A DNA stretch of 64,000 nucleotides from Antedon mediterranea (lineage: Eukaryota; Animalia; Echinodermata). Positions 24,004 through 37,430 of the stretch are shown piece after piece; position 1 is the stretch's first letter; every line of letters begins with the position of its first letter. The translations under genes and the position numbers were made by a program. The stretch lies in assembly GCF_964355755.1 (NCBI RefSeq), contig NC_092671.1:3658001-3722000 (forward strand). Direction: 5' to 3'. Under the pieces are notes generated by a model. That model did no database searches. It was not told the DNA's origin and saw nothing but the letters and a program-made list of their open reading frames with translations.

Positions 24004-27000
24004 TAATCTACCCATTGATATTCATGCATGATATGTAGGCCTACTGCGAAAACCAAATAAACAAATTATTGAAATGTGTTAATATAAGGTCTATACGTTT
24101 TTTTCTTTATCCCAGGTTCATCCATAATACGACCAGTGACGACGTGCTGTATAAGAAAACACATCGAAATGGAAAAGTGGCATTTGAACAAAATACCAGT
24201 AGGCCTAGAACTATAGGCCCTACAGAGTTTTGTTTTATGAATTTAAAATAATAATAAACACGTTTACTTAACATAAGTTAGTGACATATCATTATGATAT
24301 TGTAATATTTCAATAAGATAAAAGAGAATTCTATATATACATTTGTTATTCTATTATTAAATTATCAATTATGTACGATCATTTTTTGATTAACTCAAAA
24401 TAGGATAATAATAAAAATATCAACAATTCTGTTTTATTTTGCGAGTATTCGTTACAATGATATTGCATGAGTTTTGTAATTAAAGAACCATGCGAATAGT
24501 GGATACCAACTCACACGATGGACAGCGTAGTGACATTCATAGCAAGATATATTATATAATATTATGTTACATTGCAGGACACCCGTTATATATGGGTTAA
24601 TAGGTCAGTAATTCTAAAGTAGACTTACTGTGAAGCCAGTTGGATCGTATTCTAAAGACACTCAGATCCATTTGGTTATTTTCATTATCCGTGCGAATAT
24701 GAAACGGTAGCCAGGTCAAATCGTTGTGTGTATAATAATTCTAGGCCGCTAACATACGAATATATTCAAACTGTATTTTTGTTTGGTCTATACTTATAGG
24801 CCTAATAGCCTACAGATATATATGTTATTTAGCCTTAGATATATCATTGGTAATAATACAAATCGTCACGGCTATAAATGATTGTTTACCGTATTCCATG
24901 GATATCGTTATCGATAGCTTGAAATTTCCATGGATTAAATTTAAATATTTGGTCTATTAATAAGAACATTTCCAATTATTGAAATTTATTTTAGCTTTAT
25001 ATATTCGTATAAAACGAAAATATCACGGCTATAATTTAATCTTAATCAGGGAGAGTGAAATGTTACGCTTCTCTCTGTGGTTTAGACAGTATTTAAATCT
25101 GGTGTACAAACCATTTAAAATAATCATTTTTATTATTTATAGTTTTATTTATGACGTGTTTGGTGATAACACAACATTGTCGATTGTCACACTGTTGTAT
25201 CGTTGTAATAATCTTCTTAACTGGTTTATTTAAACCTTGTATACGATTTAATTTGATAATTTCAAAACAATATTGTAAATGTTCATATTTTAGTACTGTT
25301 TGGTAAGCAAAATAATATTAGTAGAGAGGCTTTGCTTTGCGCCTACAAAATGTGAAATGTAATACTATCGTCTTTTTTAAGCACACGCGTGTTTTTCTGA
25401 AAAGATAATGACATAATTTCTATTTTTGAAATTCTCTGCCATATGAAATTCATAGTGATACATATTAAATAAGAATAATAAATATTAATGTGAAAATTAT
25501 GATATAAAGGTAACCGTATCTAGGATTCAAATTACGAAATCAGGACAAATATTTCATCTTTATGTCTTTGTATCCATCTCAGGTTTTTGTATTAAGTTTT
25601 AGAAACGAATTCTCATTTTACTTTCAAAGAGAAAGTAAGATTACCATTGCCTGCTCTAAATGAAGTTTAGTCTTCAAATAATAATTACAAATTGTGTCCC
25701 TTGCGCTACATTTTTATTCGGTTATAACTTACGGAACTCGACTTACGCATCTATTAAAGCGCACTCCCGCAACCTATGTTATAATATCAAGTAATATAAG
25801 TTGTAGGCATAATGTCGGATTATAATTTTTATGTACATATTATATTGGAATAGTTTCATATTTTTTTTGTAAATAGGTATAAAATAAATCAAATGGACAA
25901 CGTGTGTTTGGAGTAATCCTAATTACGCAGGCCATATTAATTAGTTTGTCACTTGTAAATATTTAAAATAAATAAACGTTATGATAATGGTTACATATTT
26001 CAATAATATAGCTATAGATTCCTGGTATGAATGGTATATTTGTTATTTTCTTTTAAAATATGACGTTATAAATATTAAAATGTTTAGTACTTTTTTTCTA
26101 TAGTAGCCTATATGGAAAAGTTGGCTCACGAACTTAGTGAAGTTGCTCCACTGCATTTGATAATTTGCTTGATATTATTACGAAATGTTACGAATAAATC
26201 TCTTTAGTACAATCTATTTTGTTTACTAAACTATTTTTGTTAATATCAATTGACTAGTTTTTTTAAATATTTTCACAATATTACATGTCACTGTTATTGT
26301 CATATTGTTATTGTTATCAACATAACCGACTATATTATATTAGGCTATACTAAATTATGTAAGTTATAGATTCTTTATATCCTACAGTAAATTGTAATAA
26401 AAACTTTATATGAAAATATATATACGTTTTGAGAATTCGTTGATAATGCTTTTCTATTAAATAATAATCGTACAATTTTGGAAGGATATACGACAAATAG
26501 CAATTTCAATAAAAAAATTATATCAGATTATCGAAATAAAGCATCCATTGTACCGCCGGTTGTCCCCAATTATTATGTAAATGTCAAAGGTTATGGGGCC
26601 GATTGATGAGCAGATGAAACATGAGAAAACAAGGGCTCATCACATATACCTCTAAAAATATCACATGATCCCGCTCTAAGTTACAGAAAATTAACCTAGT
26701 TACATGCATTATGACATCTCAAATCAAAGGGGAGTAAAAGCGGTAGGGTCAACATTTGACCCGATTTCTATATGTGTATGTTGTAATAGACTTTAATAAG
26801 TTTGTAGGGGTCCAAATGGAGTCAAACATACCACAGAACTTTTAGTTAATTTAAAAGACATACATTCCAATGTTATAAACCAGAGGTAGATAGCGTTTCA
26901 ATGAAGACTGTTAGGATGATTTAAAGTATACGCTTCTATTACCATTTCACCGAATCTGGGACGATAACGCAGACACTTTTCTATCGAAGTAAACTTTTAA

Positions 27001-27241
27001 AACAATGCGAAAGTTACCAAAAATGTGTACGTAAGGTGTGTATGTATTATGTTAATGAGCTACGCTTCGATTGCATTCCAGACACATTTGCATATGAATT
27101 AACCACGTAAACACGGTTACGTATTCTTAGCCATAGTGGACTTAACATGCCGGTGATTTAATTGTTACGTTTTAATTGGAATATGTTTACGGGTTTTATC
27201 TGATTTTCAAGTGTGAAGTATTCTAATGTTGATTGTTTAAA

Positions 27242-28310
27242 ATGCATTCCATGGGCTGGCAACATCAGCCGGTGAATGGAACGTTTACACACGGTACAAC
27301 CGAATCACATACTCAGGGAAATTTTAACATAGGTGTAGGCCCAGCTGATTTTTATTGTCGAACAGCTAGTTATGCTGACCCAACATCGTACACAGGTGAC
27401 GTTTACGAAAACTTCTGGGAATCAATTCGACAACATTACCCTACAAATAGTGGATTGTATAGTATCAATGAACATGTTAGTACAAACGAAGCGAGTACTA
27501 GTACTTTGGGCAATCAACAACACTGTGCTGTAGATAGCAATTATAGTAGACCGTATAACGGATGTGGGAAATCACGACCTGTGATACGAGACCCACCGCC
27601 TGTGTCTCGTAATATACCTAGGCTGCCGTTTTCCTCTGCCTCTAAAGATTACAGTCCGGTTGTTTTACCTACGATAGCAAACACAGACGTACATCCACCG
27701 GTATCCGTTCGACCTATATCTCATGTGAACTTAGCACCAGCTCAGTATCAACCACCTATAACAATCCCCACATACCCCCAACCAAACGTGTTTACTATGC
27801 CGAGTGTGGTTCCAGCCCCCACGTTCGCAGGGCCTAGACAATTTGTACCCGTTGGTCTTCCAACAACCTCCCTATTCAAACCCCAACCACCCGTGGAAAA
27901 CATTCAGATTTACAGGCCTCAACATCAGAGGGTTGTACCTCGTTCGTATCATAGTACTAGCGTGAGAGATTTACTTAAAGCCAAAGCCAGGTTCTCTAAC
28001 AGTTACCGCTTCTCACCACTAAGGTGCACCAAACGAGTTAAATCAATCCGAGCAAGGGCTGCCCAGGCGGCAAACTCTGAACTAAGCAAGTCGAATTCAG
28101 AAAAAAGAAGGGTGGCTAACGCCAGGGAGAGAGAACGTGTTAGCAACTTAAATTCGGGGTTTGAAAATCTTCGGAAGCATCTGCCAGGCATCGAAAGATC
28201 CAAGAGTCGAAGGTGTAGCAAGGTGGATACCCTGCGTTTTGCGATTGATTATATACATCAATTGGAACAGACGTTATGGGAGGACGACATGAACCAAAAT
28301 CGATCCACAG
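27242..28310 (+). CDS. bHLH transcription factor gene 2 (FIGLA-like, achaete-scute-related), exon 1
   Basis: Open frame from ATG 27242 (or 27251) with a Pro-rich middle and bHLH EKRRVANARERERVSNLNSGFENLRKHLPGIERSKSRRCSKVDTLRFAIDYIHQLEQTL (28100-28279). Phase-1 donor ACAG|GTTAGT at 28310/28311 just after the bHLH, as in gene 1. Unspliced, the frame stops at 28315. Confidence 0.92.
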
Positions 28311-28663
28311 GTTAGTAAATACTCTGTTACCATGGCAACGTAAACACACGGGTTACAAAAAAAGTGTGGTCATTTTTGTCCGGCGTTAAATATTACGGTA
28401 CTATAAATCACTAGTCCCTCCAGTATTCTAATTCCGGACAAATAGACACATTGCATATGATTGTTTTGATTAGGTACTTTTGTCGCTTACAAAAGTCAAA
28501 TAAGGGTTGAGATAAAAACATCATTTCATAAACAAATTGTTTTATTTCAATTTTATTTTTATTTTATATCAATAAGATGACAACATGATATATGGAAAAA
28601 CAAATGAATTTTTCCAGGCCTACGTAAATTATTTACATTTTTAAAACTGTGCTGTTCATTCAG

Positions 28664-28746
28664 GTATTAACCGAGATGTAAATATATGGCACGTTGTTCC
28701 GGTAAACCCCGTAGAAGATCAAGTGGCTGGGTACAAAGCTTATCAG
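28664..28746 (+). CDS. bHLH gene 2, candidate exon 2
   Basis: Acceptor GTTCATTCAG|. In frame: GINRDVNIWHVVPVNPVEDQVAGYKAYQ. Donor CAG|GTAATA (phase 0), with an alternative AAG|GTAAGT at 28756 or a read-through stop at 28764. Confidence 0.6.
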
Positions 28747-29657
28747 GTAATACAAGGTAAGTAGACGCTATGGACCAGGAGGGTGTGGCGAACCGTCTTG
28801 ATTAGTTGTGAGGGTTAGGAATTTGATTGATTGTGTTTGATATTATGAATGTTGTATTTATAATTTACAAAGCGATAATTGCAAGTGAATGTTATGTTAG
28901 GTCATCACACTTTTCTTATACTTATTATTGTATAATAAGAAACAAATTACCCCGAAGTCACACAATATCTCAAATTAATTTATAGACAGGAAGTAAACGA
29001 AACATGAACGGTTAGAACGAATTTAATGAAGAAACAATAATGCATTTATTTGTTGAATTATTTAGAATAATATATGATGGGTAATTGGCGGCCAGGCGGT
29101 AATGTAAAAGACGGTTGTTTTGCCTTAAAGCAGATACCATTGCTACGAAGCGCCGTTAACCACGGGCTTGATACAACGCACCTGCGCATTGCACCCCCAT
29201 GCGAATACTTACTATCATTCAAATAATCGTTCTAAAGATTATACTATAATGTTCGTTTGTGTTAAGCGCAGCTCTTTTCATTTTATGTAGTTCACAAACT
29301 CGTTAATTTTAGTAATATTTTGAATTAATACAATAATTTGTAACGAGGAGTGATAATACATTACTAATATTTGCGACTCGTCACTGTAATAATCGGTTAA
29401 ATATATACAATAATGCACACTTGTGTTTAGCGCAGCAAGTACATTTGCTCTAATGCTGAGAATAATTATTATGCAATACATTTCGTTTACAATTATTTGT
29501 ATATTTTATGTTTATTTTTAAATATTGTAATATACCCCATTATTGCATTATGAACAGCATAATACACAACTTTTGATAATAAATAACAAACAGTATCATT
29601 ACTAAAAATTATTATGTAGGCCTAACGTTTGTTCATGTTACCTAAATGGAACACCAG

Positions 29658-29714
29658 CCGCCATGTTTCAATCGCACAGCTGTGCCGTCTGCCTACCGCA
29701 GATGGTCATATTAA
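29658..29714 (+). CDS. bHLH gene 2, candidate terminal exon (PPCFNRTAVPSAYRRWSY*)
   Basis: CACCAG|CCGCCATGTTTC in phase 0, similar to the candidate last exon of gene 1. Weak polypyrimidine tract. Confidence 0.4.
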   Translation, partial: PPCFNRTAVPSAYRRWSY

Positions 29715-32700
29715 CGAATACATACCACAAGTAACCTCTATCTAAAGACGCGACCGAAAAAAACGGAACCCAAAATTAATAAAAGAGGAATAGGTCAGAA
29801 AGACGACAGATGTGCAAAATAGGTTCCGCAGGCTTGCCGCGAGTCATTTTATGTTTTTATAAAAACACAAATTGATCGAAATTGATGAAAAAATTACCCG
29901 TAAACAATCGCGGCGCTCTTTTTCCAGATGCGTTAAGTTGTAAGTCAATATGTTACGATTTGATTGGACAGTTCTGAATTAGTAAAATTAACGAATTTTT
30001 CATTTTTCGTCCTCGGATTATCTTTTAAGGTACGGGACGCCATTGGGTGTGGTCTTGCTTTGATGAAATATGACAGTTTGTTTCAAAATTTCAAAAAATA
30101 ATCGAGTCTTTATTGAGCATGAGTTTCATGGACTTACCCGGGTAAATAACGGTACTAAGCCTGAACGGCACACCCATAAACATTCGATTTAAAAAGATAA
30201 ACCGAAACAATGAAAACAAAATAATTATAACTATAACAACTTCAATATAGAGAGAAAATTACAATTACAATCTTCGATAAATAATTTATTAATATTGAGA
30301 TTTCTTAGCTTAATCAACATATGAAATACAATTTTAAAAAGAATAATTTTTCATTATTTAAAATATATTATTATATTTTAGGTATAGGCAACAAATGATA
30401 TGTATTTGAGGCTACGTTCGATGTTTTATTCTACATTCCGTTAAAGATTTATTGTCCCCCACAAAAAATAATTCTTAAAAATTGTATTTTACAAAAAAAC
30501 TGTAATTTAAAGCAAGAAATAGTCAAATTGGCTGCCATCCAATGGGTTTTTGTTTGAATTTAACCATTTATTCTGTCATTTTACAAGTGGAAACATTTTT
30601 TTTTTCTACGGAAGTGATTAACTTTAGGCCTATCAAAACTACAAAATAATATATTCAAAGTCTGATTTTATTAAACTTTATTCTTCATGTTTTTGGGGAC
30701 AATTCAAGTTAATAAATCATGTACGGTTCCGTAGCAGCAGTAATTAATTCGATATAATCTTTGAGATGGGAAAATGGTGGGGGTAACCGTAGGCCAACGA
30801 ATACTGGTTATTTATAAATAGCTAGTAATTATTAGACGTAATGAAAACAATCTAGGCCTATGATTTAAAATATAAATAAATAAGCATTTAAAAAGTATAA
30901 TATTTTTAGCTTATATAGCATCGTAAAATATTTAGAGTTCACGTTTTGTCACCGAAGTTGTTTCTGCAACTATTTTAGCCCACTTTGAAAACAGTAGGAC
31001 TATGTTGCTTCAGCATTTTGACGCGGTGTTTCGAATTGTATGCGTTAGAACCCCGGTGATTTGCTAGGCCACAAAGTTAGGCCGTTAAGCTTTCGACGGA
31101 AACTTAAGCGATGTCCACACCTGTCTCCCGGAGCAGCCTGCCCCGCGTGACAGGTTTAACACTCATCCGCCCTGCTGAGATTAGAGGCAGTGTAATTGCA
31201 ACTAATTTGCAAGAATTTGTCGACCATAGATAGCTGTTGCCATTTCATCTCCATTGAATTCATAAATAAAAGAAAAATAATATTTTTTAAGCCAAAAATC
31301 ACATTTAGCTTGTATATTTTGTATAACATTTGAGGGTAGAAACTGATAAATACCCAGGTGTAAATAAATTCAACGTCACATGACAAACTTACCAATATTC
31401 AAAACAAATTATTGACTATACTTTCGTGTAAAACACATAATACTCGCATAGGCTTAAAACGTAAACGCCAGATTTATTACATTATGAGTGTTGTTACTTC
31501 ATGATTGCATCAACGAAGTCTTCAAAATCTTCGAAAAATTCGAATTATTATCATTAGTTTTCGTTTAATAATATAATGAAATTAATATATTAATAATATA
31601 AAACGTGAAAGCCAATATATTTAAAACAATGTTTAATGTTCTAATATTAAATATAAATTCTTGCTAATGCATTGAGGGCGCTCTGTATGAAAGTAAGATT
31701 TTGTTACTACCCAGATAGCCACAGCGTTGTTGTATATGAAATGAGCATGCGTACGCATGCGTATTTCAATTTTTCAAAGTAGTCTGCCTTTTATGAGCAC
31801 GTAGTGATGAGGACATCTTGGCAACTGACGCGGTGTTTCTGAGGCGTAAGTTCGAATATTTTGCGGTGTTAGCCTAATTCATACATCGTAAATCTCTGGG
31901 CGCCAGCGTTCCTTATTAACCTTTAAATCTCAATCATTAACATGAAATTAAAAGTAAATCAGTATTCGATATAGGCTAGTGAATTATCCGACAAGATAAT
32001 TGTGATACGTCTACACAATTAATAAATTACCTGTAAAAATACACAACTCGTGTTACCTCATGGAGTCTTATTCTGGATAAACAAGGAAATTTATACGAAA
32101 GAAATTTCGTTTATTGGCGCCGTGAAGCTGAAAAATAATTGAGGCGTAAGCTTCTATTTATAACGTATTACGTTTATAAACAAAGAAGAAAAAATTTTTC
32201 CTTTTTTGGTAGTTGCATCTATCCATGCCTTTATCATAATATTGCATGCATGCATTCTGCTTAGGACATTCAAAACATCGCGATGGTTTTGTTTTATAAA
32301 GATAAGTTTAAGTGGCTAGTTTGATAACTGTATTACTGTTAAAACTAATAGTCACTAATGTTACTATGTTGTATTGTTTTATTGGTAAATGTTTTTTTTT
32401 TAAGCGATGTGTAGCTTATCAATGCATCAAAAGTTGAAAGTTGAAGAAAAAGAATCATAAATGAAGATTGATATGAAAAGCAGAAAAGACAAGAAATATA
32501 AAATTATTATAAAAAAAAGTTATATTTAAAAAAAAGAGTAAAATGGTTTTTAATCTGAAAATTGTACGCTATAAGAAACAAAACAAAAGTTCGGTACAGT
32601 AATCTTGGTTTGTGTAGATTAGATTAGGTTAAATGAGTTTTCCATCACCGGCAACTTACTGTGGTTATTTTTTTCAATTAACGTTTGAAACGCGTATCAA

Positions 32701-35700
32701 TGTTGGACTAAAATTTCGAAAGAACATGAAACTGTGCTTTTGACTTTTACATTGTTGTGCCATTGATAAGCCTAACTTAATATGAAATGACAAATGCATG
32801 GAGGTCGATACAGAATTAATCCAACCAGTACTTATGAATACCAATTCAACAAGTTCCACATGCCAAAAACGAAAGTAAAGCTATTTCTACTCTTATCTCA
32901 GACCGCCAACGTTGAATAAAGAAAAGACAATTGGAAGCTGACCTAGGGCAAGACTACCCTGTCCACAGCCTAGACACTAGGCCTCCCCCGACACAGGCAC
33001 GCGACAGCTCCCCGTCAGACCTTGCCCAAGACGTTGGCATCTCCCTTCGGATGGCGCCTCCGGGCCTAAAGTGCTACATCTACCATGCATCTTTACCGCA
33101 AATTCGTCGCGTGTTCCTTGCCTACAGTGGTCAGAATACAATGTAAATTCCTTGTGCCAAACATGTCCAATTGTGTACATGACGCACCTGTGGACTGTAC
33201 CTCTTAATTGGACTCGGGGTAACTTTGTTAAACTTAAATCAATTGGGCGGAGACAGCAAATTCTGGAAAACAAACAAAGTCGTCAACTTAAATTTCAAAT
33301 TGTCATAAAGAATTAATCAAAGTATAAATTTAATTTATTTCATACTTAAATTGATTTTTTTCTTTTAATAACATATTTATATACCCATTACATTGATATG
33401 CGTGTTACAATTTTCTTAGAAACAAAAAGAGTAGCAGTATTTATATAGCATTGCCAAGATTAGTTGGCATATATAATAATATATCATTCCAAAGGCCCCT
33501 ATTAGTATTTTATGCTGTCTTTATTTCCAAGTTTGTTTTTAACGAACAAACTTTAGAAAATAAAAGCCATTTTATTGGGCTACATATATTTCTCAATAAA
33601 GGTTTTTATATTTAAATTTTACCTTTTTGATGTCGTTTTGATGTCGTTTTAACGTAAAGTATTGCAATTTTATTGTAAGAAATTCAGCAATTCAGCCTTT
33701 GGCTGCAAATTTATTTCAAAGTTTAGTTTTAACGTTTAAGTAACGTTTATCATTCGAATAAAACTAATAATATGTAAACAGATTTTCTGTTTTAGCACAA
33801 AGGGTTTCAAATAAAATATTGCCAAGTACAGCACGATGCATTTTTATAAAAGCATATTTTCTGGACAAAATACAGTGTAGGAGGCCTACATAGTTGAATT
33901 TTATTCGAATAAGCGCCTAAAATAAGGTTAACAATTTCTTCTCAAAAGTGTTTTTGTAATTTACGTAAACATGTAATTATTAACACTAACACAATGAAAC
34001 TGTATTCAATCACAATGTGCTGAATTGATTTCTAGGCCTAATTCACTCGGGTTAGACACAAAAACAATTGGCAGACAACCAGGTGGTATGAGAGCGTTGA
34101 CGCCGGTCAAAACTCTCGGCCTAACACGTTCGTTTATTCTTTCGATTTCCTAATTCGTGCAAATACAGGAGCCTATAAATTTAATATGTCTCCCCCCATT
34201 ATAAAGATGCATTGCGAAATATATAGGTAGGCCTATTCATACATATTATTATGTTTATTTTTAGATTTAAGTAGATTAGTATTGCTGACAAAAAAAAAAA
34301 CAAGGTTAATTTGAGTCCAGTTTCTTTTTTTTTTTGTCTTGTGTGGGGTCTTCCCACTTTTATTATAATTCTCAGATTTATATGTATATATATTATATAT
34401 AAAATAAAGGTACATTGTAGCAATTAATTATTTGTATGAATATTTCTATTTCTGTTGTATATTACTAAGATTGTTACAAGTTAACAAGTAGTTAAAAAGT
34501 AGGCATATTTACATAAAAAGATGATTAATTTCAATATAATAACCATGCTTTCATTTACAATTTTAAAAAGATGTTAATTAAAATATAAAGATAAAAGATG
34601 GTAATAAAAGTCTATGAACTGTCATTAAAAACGTACTTATAAAATCTTGTTCATGTTCTGGTAGAGAGGCTATAAACTCAGAGGAGGAATATAAAATATC
34701 CTCCCTTTTCACCAAGACAAAAAGGATGAGATGAAAAAAGAGGAATGCAAAAGTTTGAAAACTTGAGTCCAGTTTCTTGTAAAATGTAACGGGTTAGTGG
34801 ACCTTTACGGTTCTACCATAGTTCTAATTTACTCGAAGCTTCCTTTATTTGTAAATTTACACTAAAATACTCATAAGTATTATGATGAAATCTATGCACT
34901 TCCCGCTCACCATGCAAGAGTAAAACACCTTAAGGGGACAACACGTTCATTCGTATCAAGGGAAAATGTCCCTTTTAGGTGTCCCTTGAATATGATGTCC
35001 TACTGCCTGTATTGTATTCATTCCGTTTATTCTTCTTTGTAGATTTACGGATGAACTGTGAAAGGTGATGCACGTAAAGTAAGACTTCTACGAAGAAGGC
35101 ACGGGCATTGAGCATCGTAATGTGGTACCGCGAGATATACTATATTTGTACGATGAAGTACACAAGATGATGTAGGCAAGAAACGTTGTTTGAACGATTT
35201 GCATGAATACAGAATATTTTATTTTGAAGAATGGTAGCCCAACTGGAGCCACCGTAATGTAATACATGGCAAATTGTACGAGAAGCGTCAATTAAAAATG
35301 TTATTATATTATATATTATATTTTGTTGTATTTGTTTATCATTTAAAAGAATGAAAAGAAAATCATTATAATAATTACAAATTTAGCAACGAGAACAATA
35401 ATGTTGTTTTTAATTAGAATATTTTACGTTGATATAGAAATAAAATACTTACAACTAAACAAAAGAATATATCACGATTATAATAAAATAAGATTATGTT
35501 ATGATATAGTAAAGTTATAAAAATGCTGTAACAGGCCTGCTCTTTACAATAAAAAGATCACATACCGTATAGCTAAGTGCTGCGTTAATAACTGTTGTTT
35601 TTGTTAATTTTATTTCTATTTATTGTATCATTTGCATATAATTAAAACATACATAAACAAATTACCGCAATTACGTCACTAAATATTTGGAACATTGGAT

Positions 35701-35739
35701 AGGCAAAATTGACCATGATATCGACTTATTGACTGTAGC

Positions 35740-37430
35740 TTAAGGTAACATGCGCATAACAGATTATGCGATTCTGCGCATTTGAAATTTTCGAAAAATT
35801 GGCAAATTTTGACCTTTTTATTTTTTGGTATAACTAGTTACTATGGCTCTATAAGAAGTTGATGACACAATATATGTGCATATATTGCAATATTATCGCA
35901 TAATTATTGAATTTTAAAAAGTAGATAGCATAATAAACATGCGCAGAGTCGAATAATGGGTTCTGCGCATGTCAATTACGCTATAGTAACCAGCCCTTTT
36001 ATTTTTTGACATAAATGGTTACTACAGCATAATAAACATGCGCAGAGTCGAATAATGGGTTCTGCGCATGTCAATTATGCTATAGTAACCAGCCCTGTTA
36101 TTTTTTGACATAAATGGTTACTACTACAGCATAATAAACATGCGCAGAGTCGAATAATGGGTTCTGCGCATGTCAATTATGCTATAGTAACCAGCCCTTT
36201 TATTTTTTGACATAAATGGTTACTACAGCATAATAAACATGCGCAGAGTCGAATAATGGGTTCTGCGCATGTCAATTATGCTATAGTAACCAGCCCTTTT
36301 ATCTTTTGACATAAAAAGGTAGAAATTTGGCCATTTTCTGAAAAATCCCTGTACTATAGTACAGGAAAACTTTCGAAAAATGACCAATTTCCGACCCTTT
36401 TATATTTTTGACATAATTGGTAACTATAGCATAATAAACATGCGCAGAGTCGAATAATGGGTTCTGCGCATGTCAATTATGCTATAGTAACCAGCCCTTT
36501 TATCTTTTGACATAAAAAGGTAGAAATTTGGCCATTTTCTGAAAAATCCCTGTACTATAGTACAGGAAAACTTTCGAAAAATGACCAATTTTCGACCCTT
36601 TTATATTTTTGACATAATTGGTAACTATAGCATAATAAACATGCGCAGAGTCGAATAATGGGTTCTGCGCATGTCAATTATGCTATAGTAACCAGCCTTT
36701 TTATTTTTTACATAAATGGTTACTATAGCATAATAAACACGCACAGAGCCCATTATTCGACTCTGCGCATGTTTATTATGCTATAGTAACCAGCCCTTTT
36801 ATTTTTTGACATAAAAATCCCTGTACTATAGTACTGGCAAATTTTCGAAAAATGGCAAAATTTTGACCTTTTTATTTTTTTTATATAACTAGTTTAACTA
36901 GTTACTATGGCTCTATACGATCTTGATAACACAATATATCCGCATATATAGCAATATTATTGCATTATAATTGAAATTTAAAAAGTGGATATTTCGGCTA
37001 CTTTATGAAATAAAATTTCGAGAAATTTTGACCTTTTTCATTATTTGTTTATAACTAGTTACTATGGCTAGGCTCTATAAGATGTTTTTGAATTTTAAAA
37101 AGTGGATATTTTGGCTATTTTTTTCGAAAAAATCCCTGTACTATAGTACTGGAAATTTTCGAAAAATTGGCAAATTTTGACCTTTTAATTTTTTGATATA
37201 ACTAGTTACTATGGCTCTATAAGATGTTGATAACACAATATATGTGCATATATGGCAATATTATCGCATAATTATTGAATTTAAAAAAGTGGATATTTTT
37301 GCCATTTTTCGAAAAAGAGAAATTACAGAGAAATTTTCGAAAAATGGCAAAATTTCGCCTTTTTTATTTTTTGACATAACTAGTTTCTATGGCTCTATAA
37401 GAGGATGATAACACAATATTATCGCATACT
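35740..37430. repeat. Composite palindromic tandem-repeat block (seven ~99-bp hairpin units flanked by ~140-170-bp units)
   Basis: The unit AGCATAATAAACATGCGCAGAGTCGAATAATGGGTTCTGCGCATGTCAATTATGCTATAGTAACC... starts at 35927, 36026, 36128, 36227, 36428, 36629 and 36727. A second unit type (TTTCGAAAAATTGGCAAATTTTGACC...TAACTAGTTACTATGGCTCTATAAGA) occurs at ~35785, 36840, 37020, 37155 and 37335. Confidence 0.95.

Noticed and set aside
32931-33316. Three overlapping short ORFs in a GC-richer patch as a gene
   Set aside because: No domain and no consistent splice sites; more likely regulatory or non-coding sequence.
35927-36800. CRISPR-like array
   Set aside because: The sequences between the palindromes are identical rather than unique spacers, there are no cas genes, and the context is eukaryotic.
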